Shown here: positions 26,661 through 37,799 of the stretch, one piece after another
How the letters are laid out: the number at the start of each line of letters is the position of its first letter
Position numbering within the stretch: the stretch's first letter is position 1
Assembly (NCBI GenBank): GCA_964016885.1
Contig: OZ024742.1
Location: forward strand, 356,562,001 to 356,626,000
DNA length: 64,000 nucleotides
Source: Eledone cirrhosa
Lineage: Eukaryota
Direction: 5' to 3'
The notes under the pieces: generated by a model
What the model saw: the letters and a program-made list of their open reading frames with translations, nothing else
Told to the model about the DNA's origin: nothing
The model's database searches: none
Made by a program: the position numbers and the translations under genes

Positions 26661-26979
26661 AAATGTGTGTAATCCTTGGTACAGTTAGGTATATTAAGAC
26701 AGGGGGGAAGAAAAAAATGGCTTCACTTGTGCTTTCAACAAATTTATTTTCTTCACAAAATCCAAAAATAATTTTTTTCCGGATTAGAAACATTTTTTTC
26801 TTAAAAATGATTTTATAAATTAAGTCGTCGGTTGTTGGTTAGGTCTTAGGAGTTCTTGGTTAACGTAGGGGATATTGTTTCGTTTTTAGAAAGACCTTTC
26901 ACGCTGAGGTGCGCTTGTCAAACTGATGTGTATGTGGTGTGTTGTTCTATATATATTGTTCTATATATATTTTATTCGA

Positions 26980-27963
26980 TCTTAAACAGGCTTCATGAAG
27001 CTATACAATTCACTATGGAATGTAACGAAAAGGAACTGCTCTTTCTAGATATCCTTATCATTAAAGAAGGGGTAAAATATCATAACGGACCTATTTTGCA
27101 AACCCACTGACACACACCAATACTTAAATTTCCGGTCAGCACACCCCTCACATACGAAAAGGAACATTTCCTTCAACATGGCAAGGCGCAGATGCACTAT
27201 AGCAACACACCTCGTACTACAAGAAAAAAGATTATGTGACCTGAAAAAATTCCTTAAAAAACAAGAATACCCGATGAAACTCATCAACGCAGCCATCTCC
27301 AAGGCTAAGAACATCCCAATAACAACACTGAGAAAACCAAACCCACAACATAAAAAAGAAAACCCTGCTATCTCTTTTGTCATCACTCACAACCCAGGGA
27401 ACGTCAGCATTGTGAAAACTGCTAAGCAGTATCTCCCGATTCTACAGCAATCTACCAAAATGAATGCACTCTTAAAAAACACACAGATGATTTATAGCAG
27501 ACGCCAAGCACCCAACCTTAAAAACTAATTACCAAGGCAAAATTTACGACCAACATGGAATCAATGCAAGTGACGAAATGCGGGGACCCTAGATGTGGAA
27601 CCTGTGAACTCATCGAAGAGGGCAAACAGTTGTCCGTCAAAAACCATGATAATTTCAAGGTCAATGCAAACATGAACTGCAAAACAAATAACCTAATATA
27701 TTGCAACATGTCCACAGTGTAAAGAGTATTACATTGGGGAAACCGGAACGGGACTACATGATAGAGTCCGGGTACATAAACAACAAAGTAAAGACCCCAC
27801 AGTCAGAAATACCACATGTAGCGCACACTTTGCATCATGCGGGAAGGGAAAATTCACAATCTCCCCTTTCTTCAAGATATGGTCGGATAACGAACATTTC
27901 CGCAGATATAAAGAAGAATTCTTCATTGAAAAATTTAAACCACTACTGAACACGAAAAAATGA
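26980..27963 (+). pseudogene. PLE RT thumb, Cys linker and C-terminal GIY-YIG endonuclease (frameshifted)
   Basis: Across frames: LNRLHEAIQFTME..LLFLDILI, KPTDTHQYL..SAHP, RRQAPNLKN, CGDPRCGTC, NCKTNNLIY..CPQC..YYIGETG..LHDRVRVH, EEFFIEKFKPLLN. Confidence 0.88.
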
Positions 27964-28054
27964 ATTAACACTCGGAGGCAAAATTCCATTTCACTACCCC
28001 CCCCCCCTTCTTATGTATACACATGAATATCTGAGTGAACGGTGAGACAGACAC

Positions 28055-28229
28055 ATATATATGTGTAGGTATGTATGGATGTATGTACGTGTGGGTATAT
28101 ATGTAAGTGGGTGTGTATGTGTGTGTATATATATATGTATGGATGTGTGTATGTATGTGTGTGTGTATATATATATATATGTGTGTATGTATATGTATGT
28201 ATATGTATATGTATGTATGTGTATGTTTG

Positions 28230-28281
<52 letters not shown>

Positions 28282-28415
28282 TATATGTTTATATGTGTGT
28301 GTATGTATATGTATGTATCTATATGTGTGTGTGTGTATGTGTGTGAATATATGTATATATGTGTGTACGTATATGTATGTTTCTGTATCTGTATATGTAT
28401 GTATGTATGTAGATG

Positions 28416-28446
<31 letters not shown>

Positions 28447-28595
28447 GTATATATGTGTCTTTATGTGTTTGTGTGTACATATATATATATATGTATGTAT
28501 ATGTATGTATGTATATGTATATATATATATATATATGTATGTATATGTATGTGTATATATATATGTGTGTATGTATGTGTTTGTATGTGTATGTG

Positions 28596-28644
<49 letters not shown>

Positions 28645-28710
28645 ATATATGTGTATATGTGTGTATGTGTCTGTATGTGTTTATGTGTATATATATATAT
28701 ATATATATAT
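28055..28710. repeat. Compound (TA)n/(TG)n/(TATG)n microsatellite
   Basis: Direct inspection. Source of the spurious YICV-rich ORFs. Confidence 0.95.
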
Positions 28711-28788
28711 ACGTAGGTCCCGGGTTGAGTCGGGGATAACCACAGTAAGTAAGGTACTCAATACATGGCAGAGTAAAATTTTTTATTT

Positions 28789-28842
28789 TATAGAAGGAGC
28801 TTCTACAGGACTAGTACTCAGTACTAGTCCTGTAGAAGCTCC

Positions 28843-28849
<7 letters not shown>
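28789..28849. repeat. Perfect 30-bp inverted repeat with a 1-nt spacer, ending a ~140-bp insert in (TA)n
   Basis: TATAGAAGGAGCTTCTACAGGACTAGTACT-C-AGTACTAGTCCTGTAGAAGCTCCTTCTATA. Confidence 0.95.
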
Positions 28850-28938
<89 letters not shown>

Positions 28939-29060
28939 AAAGTTATATTTAAATTGTTGGTTTAACAACGAGTAAATATTTATAACTGATATATGATATC
29001 CCTGAAATATATATAACGAAATAAATATGGTTTTATAAATATAGTTTCCATTTATTTAAT

Positions 29061-29109
<49 letters not shown>

Positions 29110-29206
29110 ATGCCTCTACGTATATATATATATATATTTGTGTGTGTGTGTATGTGTGTGTGTGTATGCATGTATGTGTGAACGGATGTATATATACGGA
29201 CATATG

Positions 29207-29290
<84 letters not shown>

Positions 29291-30141
29291 TGTGTGTGTG
29301 TATATTTGTATATTTAGTTATGTATCTTTATGTTTGTATATGTATGTATATGTATGTATATATATATATATATATACCTATGTGGAGGTATGAGTACATA
29401 TTCGTGTGTGTACGTATGTGTCTATGTGTTTTTATATGTGTCTTTATATGTTTTTGTGTATGTATGTGGATGTATATGTACATGGGTGTGTGATTGATGG
29501 TGTGTGCCTATATATTCCTACATATGCCCGTGTGTGTATGTACGTATATACGCACATATGTGTGTGTTGAACAAAGGACTAATTTTGGGATGGACGTAGA
29601 AAACTTATTCAGAAAAAAATAATTGTTTACAACTTGGCTGGTGCGGTTTGCCTGTGACCATTTTCGATACAAAACAATACTAAAAGCTTTTTCCCCTGAA
29701 TAAAGGAATTTTTCGAGAATGACCGGGGCAGGCCGCGCTTGCTACATTTCTCCCCACCCAACCCTACTCACTGTCTCAACTCATTACTGCTATTAACATT
29801 TTTTCAACACACCTACACCCCTACGCTTATTAAAGGAGGATAAAAAAAAACCCACCACACCACAAACATGTTAAATCCCTATATATAGAACAACACACCA
29901 CATACACATCAGTTTTACAAGCGCACCTCAGCGTGAAAGGTCTTTCTAAAAACGAAACAATACCTCCTACGTTAACCAAGAACTCCTAAGACCTAACCAA
30001 CAACGAACGACTTAATTTATAAACATTTTTTTAAGAAAATATTTTCTCTAATCCGAAAAAAAATTCTTTTTGGATTTTGTGAAGAAAATAAATTTGTTGA
30101 AAGCACAAGTGAAGCCATTTTGTTCTTCCCCCCTGTCTTAA

Positions 30142-30172
<31 letters not shown>

Positions 30173-31521
30173 CCCAGGCCCCAGGCCACCTTCTAAGGTG
30201 GTTCTGCTTGTGGCATGAAGAAAAAACACCCAGTCCACCTTGTAATGTGATTGGTGTTAGGAAGGACATACAGCTGTAGAAGCCATTTCTATATTAAACA
30301 TGATGTTTACACTCTACTAATATTTTTTATACCTTAGTTACTGTGGTTACCCCCTATTGAACCCGGGACTCACACGTGTATAAAAAAAAATATATATATA
30401 CATATATATATATTATAAAGAGTTGGGACCCGACAGCTAAGCTCTTGTCATTTCAACAGCTAGTTCCAGAGAGCTCAGTTATCAGGTCCCAACTCTTTAT
30501 AGTATAACGATACTTACTACCCCAAGTATAGAGTACTCTAGTGAGTAATGGTCTAACCAGATTCAAACTGAATCTATCCTGATTTATATATATACTACGC
30601 AAACTTACACTGTATTTCCAGGAGAGGAAATTTAATATAAATAATCTTGACATATCCTATTTCTGCTGTTTGGAAAATTGTGTTGCAGGTTTTTTTGCTT
30701 CTTTTTCTTTTATATTCATGTTTTTATGTTGTGTCTGTTTGCAATTCTCGTCAACACAAGTATTAATCTATAACAATTCTTCTGCTTCTCTTTTCACTTC
30801 TTTGTTGCCTAGCAACTGTAGCATGCAAAAGCCAGGTTTGTCTTGCATGTGTGTCAGATCTAGCAGAATCTGGACTGTTCTCGAAAATAATACATCTTTC
30901 TTTATCTTTTACTTATTATAGATTTTGGTATTTTGGTGAAAAAAAAACACAACTTTTCAACTATCTATATTTTTGTCTTCTATTTAAACCATTTTATAAT
31001 TATATTTTAATAATTCTTTTTCAATTTTTGTAATAAAACTTGTAGTCTTTCTTTGTGTTTCATATTTTCTCTCATTCTTGTCAAATTTCTGTTTGATTTC
31101 TGTTTGTGTCATATGTTATCAGTTTTCTTACCTGTACCTCTTTGTCTCTATACTAGCATGATTACTTAAAAGTAAGATAACTAGACAAACAGACATCTTG
31201 GAATCAAACATAACATACAAAATTTCATAACTTTTCCAGTTGGAGGAGAAATGTAGAAAAAAAGCATTAAATACAAAAAGCAAAAACTGAAACAAGAAAC
31301 AATTAATACAGAAATGTGTAAGTGAAATGACAAATAAATTATATATGTCAAAATTTAGCAAACCATAGGAAGTTTAAATCTCAGGAAATTCAATATATGA
31401 TATAAGATGAATTAAAAATTGAAAAAGAAACAAGTTTCAACTATAATTGGAATAGTTTCTATGTTCTGTAAGATCAAGTACACTTCTTTTCAATTAGCAT
31501 ATTGGGAAATTAATATTGTAT

Positions 31522-31555
<34 letters not shown>

Positions 31556-31689
31556 TCATCACCATCATCGTTTAACGTCCATCTTCCACGCTTGCATGGG
31601 GTTGGACATATATATATAATAGGTTACAGTATCGTACATGGAATATATATAAATATTTATATATATATATATATATATATAAACTTGTG

Positions 31690-33793
31690 GCTGGAGCAGA
31701 GCTCCAACCAGACAGAGAGTGACCTGGTGGTGGAACAGCACAGTAGATAAGGCCATTAGAGACAAAAGACTAGCATGGAAGGCTTGGAAAAAGGGTGGGA
31801 GTAGGGAAGAATATACAGCCGCTAGGAGAGAAGCTAGACGTCAGGTGTACTTAGCACGCAGGGAGGCGGAGAGTAGGAGGTTTGCCAATGTTCTGCGACG
31901 GGAAGATCAGAGGCGTGCGGTGTTCCACATTGCAAGGCAGTGTGTCAATGCAAATCAGGATGTTGTTGGAGATAAATGTGTCCGGGATGATGCCGGTGTA
32001 CTTAGTGTCACGAATGACCGGAAAAAGGAGACCTGGAAATGTCATTATGGGAGACTGATGAATATGGAGAACGAATGGGAGAGAGAGAAATTACCCTTAG
32101 TTGATCCGCCTGAGGGACCAGCTATTGAGATTGACGAACATAGGGTCCAAGAGGCGATTAAGTAAATGAAAAATGGTAAGGCTGCTGGACCATCGGGAAT
32201 AGTTGCTGAGATGCTGAAGGCATCAGGGGACGTAGGCACTAAACTGGTTTGCACGTATCATCAATCAGGCTATATATGGTGGTGTCATACCCAAAGACTG
32301 GTGCAGCAGTATTCTCATAAATTGCTACAAATGTAAAGGGGATGCTCTGGAGAGGAGCAATTAAAGGGTATAAAACTGATGGATCAGGTTATGAAAGTGG
32401 CAGAAAGGATATTAGCACAACTAATTAGAGGAAGGGTCAAACAAGATGAGATGCAGTTTGGTTTTGTGCCTGGGAAGAGTACAACCGATGACCTCTTCTT
32501 GGTGAGACAATTGCAAGAGAGGTTCTTAGAGAAAAATAAGCCACTATACTTAGCCTTTGTTGACCTAGAGAAGGCCTTTGATAGGGTACCCCGATCTGTC
32601 ATCTGGTGGTCCCTAAGGAAGCTAGGTTTTGAGGAATGGCTTGTGAGGACAGTGCAAACTTTGTACAGAGGTACTCTCAGTAAAGTCAGGGTAAGGATGG
32701 AGTTTAGTGAGGAATTCCAGATACAAGTAAGAGTACATCAGTGTTCGGTTCTCAGCCCGATCTTGTTCATTATAGTCCTCCAAGCCATAACAGAGGAGTT
32801 TAAGACTGGCTGTCCATGGAAACTTCTCTATGCTGACGATCTGGTTCTTTTAGCAGAATCAGTAGAGGAGCTAGAGAATAAATTCTGGCTATGGAAACAG
32901 CAGTTGGAAGCAAGAGGACTGAGATTGAATCTAGCTAAGACAAAAGTCTTGATGAGTAGAAAAGAGGACATCAGGGAAATGGCCATGTTCGATATGCAGA
33001 AAAAGAACTGGCATAAATTCTATAAAATGCACACAATGCAGATCCTGGGTACACAAGAGATGTAGCGCGATAGCAGGCAAACTAACAGGTAGGGAGAAAT
33101 ATGTATGCAGTAGATGTAGAGGAAAATTAGACAGTAGAAGTCGCATTGATAGACACATTTTTCAAATGCAGGCGGGCGCTATAGAAGTGGTTGAAAGCTT
33201 CCGGTACCTAGGAGATCAGATTAGCATGGGAGGAGGGTGTTCCGAGGCCATAGTATCTAGAATAAGGACGTGTTGGAAGAAGTTTAGGGAGTTGCTTCCT
33301 CTGCTGACGAAGAAGGGTTTCTCCCTGCGTACGAAAGGCCGGTTGTATGATGCCTGTGTGAGGAGCGCGATGCTGCATGGTAGTGAGACATGGGTAGCAA
33401 CTGCAGAGGATATGCGACGGCTGGAGAGAAATGAGGCAAGCATGCTCTGTTGGATGTGCAGTGTAAATGTGTTTGAACGACCCAGCATAAATGTGTTGAG
33501 AGAGAAACTGTGTCTGAGAGGGATAGAATGTAGTGTACGGGAGAGGAGACTGAGGTGGTATGGAAATGTGATGCGCATGGAGGATGACCGATGGGTGTAG
33601 AAGTGCCAGGAAAGGCCAGTTGAGGGAAGACATGGTAGAGGTATACCACGAAAAACATGGGCAGAGGTGGTGAGAACAGACCTCAGATCATTGAAGCTCA
33701 CGGTGGAGATGACGAAGGACCGTGATGAGTGGAGAAATGCTGTGCTGAATAAGACCCGTCCCACCCTTGCAAGCAGGGAAAAGCGGACGGAAA

Positions 33794-33823
<30 letters not shown>
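31690..33823 (+). mobile_element. 5'-truncated, decayed RTE-clade LINE with (GAT)n tail
   Basis: TWWWN, GKAAGPSG, MQFGFVPGKSTTD, AFVDLEKAFDRVP, LSPILF, LLYADDLVL, FRYLG, MLHGSETW, RRLRWYG, GRGIPRKTW, spread over several frames with stops. Confidence 0.93.
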
Positions 33824-33825
<2 letters not shown>

Positions 33826-34089
33826 ATATATATATATATATATATATATTCCATGTACGCTGCTGTTTGTTTTGTTATTTCTATTTACCTTTTACATTTA
33901 TATATGGATGTAACATAAATTCCCGCCGTTCTTAATTAAGAATTTGTATAACAACGGCGGGAATTTATGTCACAACCCAATATATATATATATATATATA
34001 CACATATATATATGACCTCTGGTGTCACGCAGTAATACAGAGTACCCGACCTCCCATGGGTACAAGCTGAAGTATATAGACAATATGCA

Positions 34090-34377
34090 TCCACACCCTC
34101 TCACTGCAAAGTGGTTGTGGAGGTGCCACGGCAAAAAAGAACCCAGCCCACACTGTAAAGTGGATGTGTAGGCGCCACGTAAAAAAGCACCCAGCACTCA
34201 CTGTAAATGAGGTTGGTGTTAGGAAGGGCATGCAGCTGTAGAAATCAAGCCAGAATCAGTTCCTGTATGAGCAAGGCATGGTCAGCCGACTAGACACTGC
34301 CCACAACAGGACAACCCGTCTAACCAATGCTAGCATGGAAAAACGGACGTAAAACGGTGATAATGATGATGATGATA
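34090..34377 (+). mobile_element. Non-autonomous RTE-tailed SINE (Ceph-like domain), copy 1
   Basis: Internal ~50-bp tandem repeats, GGTTGGTGTTAGGAAGGGCATGCAGCTGTAGAAA, RTE-type 3' stem CCAATGCTAGCATGG and (GAT)n tail. Confidence 0.7.
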
Positions 34378-34554
34378 GCTTGCAGAAACCCGGGAAGCAA
34401 GCCTGCAGATGGAAAGAGTGACATGGTGGAATGATAGGGTAAATAGAGTAATAAAAACAAAGAGAAAGCAAAGATATGGGCCTTCAAAGACTGGAGAAAA
34501 GGAGGAAACATTGAGAAATAACAAATATTATAAGAAGAGGCTAGATGATGATAA

Positions 34555-34594
<40 letters not shown>

Positions 34595-34599
34595 TTAGG

Positions 34600-35008
34600 C
34601 TTGCAATCGAAATGTTGTGAGTTCAATACTCGGACCAGGTGGTGTGTTGTTTCCTTGAGCAAGACACTTTATTTCACATTGCTCCAGTTTACTCAGCTGT
34701 AGAAATGAGATGATAGGACTGGGGTCCATATCATTCCACTGTAGTGTGGTCGTGGAGGTGCCACAGCAAAAAAGCACCCAGTCCACACTGTAAAGTGGAC
34801 GTGTAGGTGCCACGGAAAAAAAGCACCCATAACTCACTGTAAATGAGGTTGGTGTTAGGAAGCGCATCCAGCTGTAGAAATCAAGCCAGAATCAGTTCCC
34901 GTATGAGCAAGACAAGGTCAGCCGACCGGAAACTTCCCACAACAGGACTACCCGTCTAACCCATGCTAGCATGGAAGAACGGACGTAAAACAGTGATGAT
35001 GATGATGA
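34600..35008 (+). mobile_element. tRNA/CORE-like SINE head joined to RTE-tailed SINE body, copy 2
   Basis: B-box-like GAGTTCAATAC and CORE-like TTTCCTTGAGCAAGACACTTT, followed by the same body and tail as 34090-34377. Confidence 0.65.
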
Positions 35009-35184
35009 TTCTTCGTTAAGTGTGTCACAACAATTACAGGTGGCACACTGTTTGAAGCACTTGATGCTGTTACGTGGGCCATTTCCTTTGATTTGTACTC
35101 CAGTGTTATGACTGTAGGGTGCAGAGTGTAAATTGATATAAAAGAGTCAAAATCAGTGTTACATCATATGTTCAAACTTTATTT

Positions 35185-35273
35185 ACATATTACAATTGTT
35201 TCGATATCGATCAGTTCAGGGTACAATCAAGGTGACAGTGTTTGACTCTTTTTCAACATCTCATCAAATATGT
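35185..35273 (-). ncRNA. Near-intact type I hammerhead ribozyme (C3U variant) inside a fold-back element
   Basis: Minus strand: ACATAT-TTGATGA-GATGTTGA...TCGATATC-GAAA-CAATTG-TA-ATATGT. Stem I 6 bp, stem II 8 bp, palindromic stem III. Confidence 0.65.
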
Positions 35274-36029
35274 GAGCTTATATGTACACTGAACTGATCA
35301 ATATCAAAACAATTGTAATATGCAAATAAAGTTTGTACATATGATGCAACACTAACACAAGCACATAAATATCTCAATGTAAGTATATATACATATATAC
35401 ATATATCTCCAAAATGGCTGACTGTATACGCATGGCTCTCTTTTTTTTATTTTTCGTTTTTTCCTCTTCTCACTCTTTCTCTTTCTATTTCATCTATTTC
35501 TCATTCTATCTTCTGATGAAGGACTAGTGTCCAAAATGTTATGACTCTTTTCCTACTATTTTAAGTGTTAAACTAATATATATATCTTCATTGTACTGTG
35601 TCGTTTGCTCTGTTATTTCTGTTTCGTTTTTACATACATAAATATGTGTCCATATATATATATATGTACATATATCCAATCACAGAATGGGTGAGTGTCC
35701 GAATTGGTAGAATGTCGAATAAAATGCCATTGTGGTATTCATTTCATTGTGACCAACTTTGCCTTTCATCATTCCAGAATCAATAGAATACAGTACCAGT
35801 CATACACTGGTTTGATTAAATCAGGTAAAATGCTTGCCTTGTGTCTAATTATTTTGCAGTCCTATCCACAAGGCACAGCCCTAACGCCAATGCACCCTAG
35901 ACTGGAGCCCATCCCCCTCCTCCTCCCATTCTACTGTCACCCTAGAGCCCTTGCATTACCCTTCATTTTCCATTTTTAAATATCTGTAGTGTTGCTATTT
36001 GAAATAAATTATTATTAATATCAAATTTA

Positions 36030-36422
36030 CATGGTGGATTGACAAAATTGGTAGAGCACCAGACAAAAGGCTTCATGGACTTTCTATGTTCTTACTTAAA
36101 ATCCTGCTAAGATTAACTTAACCTTTCATCCTTCCAATATTGATAAACTAAAAGACCAGTCCTATAATGAGGTTGATTTAATCAACTTTGCCATTTCCCC
36201 AAATTTGCTGGCCCTGTGCCTAAACTATAAATCATTATTATTAGAAGTATCGGTAGAGGGTCGGACGCCATGCTTTAGCGCATAGAGTTATGGCCCTTGC
36301 CATTCTGAGTTCAAATCCCACCGAGGTTAACTTTGCCTTTCATCCTTATGGGGTCGATAAAATAAAGTACCAGTAATGCACTGGAGTAATTGCTGGCCTT
36401 GAGCCAAGAGTAGAAACAATTA
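36030..36422 (+). mobile_element. Two tandem tRNA/Nin SINE copies (first diverged, second well preserved)
   Basis: 36243-36420: GTATCGGTAGAGGGTCGGACGCCATGCTTTA...GAGTTCAAATCCC...GCCTTTCATCCTTATGGGGTCGATAAAATAAAGTACCAG. 36030-36240 is a decayed version. Confidence 0.8.
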
Positions 36423-36663
36423 TCAATACCTAATCACACCTTCACTTTATGAATTCTTAACCTTTGAAATGAGATAACATTACACAGCCAACAAATCCTA
36501 CTTGACTTGTTTTCCTCCAGTTCCTGCAGATCTTCAAAAATCAATGCATATATCTTATTACAATGTATCATCATACATTCATCTTCGTAGTTTTACGACT
36601 AAACATATCTTTGGTTTCTTCTTCTATATTGACAATGCTCAAGCATATAATGGTAACAATGTA

Positions 36664-36735
<72 letters not shown>

Positions 36736-36966
36736 ATAGTTATAAGAGTTCCATATATTTTATTATACGTATTTCGAATACAAAATCATCCTGGGACAGA
36801 TGTTGTGTTCATAACATATATATATATATATATATATATGTTATGATTATAAGTATTATTAATTTTAGTCATCTTTTTTCTTCTCCACCAAACAATGATA
36901 TTGCTGGAATCCCAGAGGTACTTACACACAGATAACACACTTACTGCCACTTATGTATAAATACAT

Positions 36967-37064
<98 letters not shown>

Positions 37065-37799
37065 ATGTATATATAACTCACATGAGTTGTGAGTTATATA
37101 TAACAGGAATAAAAATTATTTTTCCTCATTCACTTCACATGGTGATGTATAATGCAATATTTCTTCCTATTCAAACAATATGACCACCATGAATGGTAAT
37201 GGAAACACAATAATCCTTGTAGAGAGAATATACCTAGAGATGAAAACCTTTAAGTAGTTCAGTCATTATGAATACTCTCAAATTCAATGAATGATTTCTT
37301 CCATACATGAAGGAATTGTGAATTAATGTCGAATTTCTGGCTGGAAGTGGAAAATAGTAAAAGGAGGAAGAAAAATATTCAGCAACAATGGCAGTTAGAG
37401 AATTATAGAGCTTTCGGCATTTTTCTATGATTTTAGATATAAAAATATTTGGACCAAGACATGATCATAAGTTAGGAAACTTAAACAAGAAAAGCATATT
37501 TTTGTTTCTTAATTTTCTTTTTATCAATTCTTCTGTTTAGAGAAGTAGAAGTGAAGATTAATTCTTTCAAAGAATGACTATGTAACAGATGGATACTAAA
37601 ATCCAAACAAAAATCTGTTTCTTTCAGCCATTCCTAATTTGCATTACATCCATTCTTTAGAGGCTAAAAGAATTTCATATGAGTTACAGATGAGAGTCCT
37701 CAGAGTCAGACAAAAAACTCTTACGAAATTAGTAATCGATTGCCAAACTGTTAAGATGATATTTCCTTACGCATGTTTCAAGGGAGTTATACAGCCAAT

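Larger units (their letters stand above)
26691..30143 (+). mobile_element. 5'-truncated Penelope-like element (Neptune-like) bounded by inverted pLTR copies, later invaded by microsatellites
   Basis: ~265-bp inverted arms at 26691-26955 and 29881-30143 flank a PLE coding remnant. Both ends lie in or near (TA)n. Confidence 0.75.

Noticed and set aside
30414-30502. Apparent complete hammerhead on the minus strand (CTGATAA...GAAA...GTC with a 13-bp stem I)
   Set aside because: Comparison with 56469-56591 shows that CTGATAACTG is a decayed CCGACAGCTG arm of a fold-back, so the apparent core box is coincidental.
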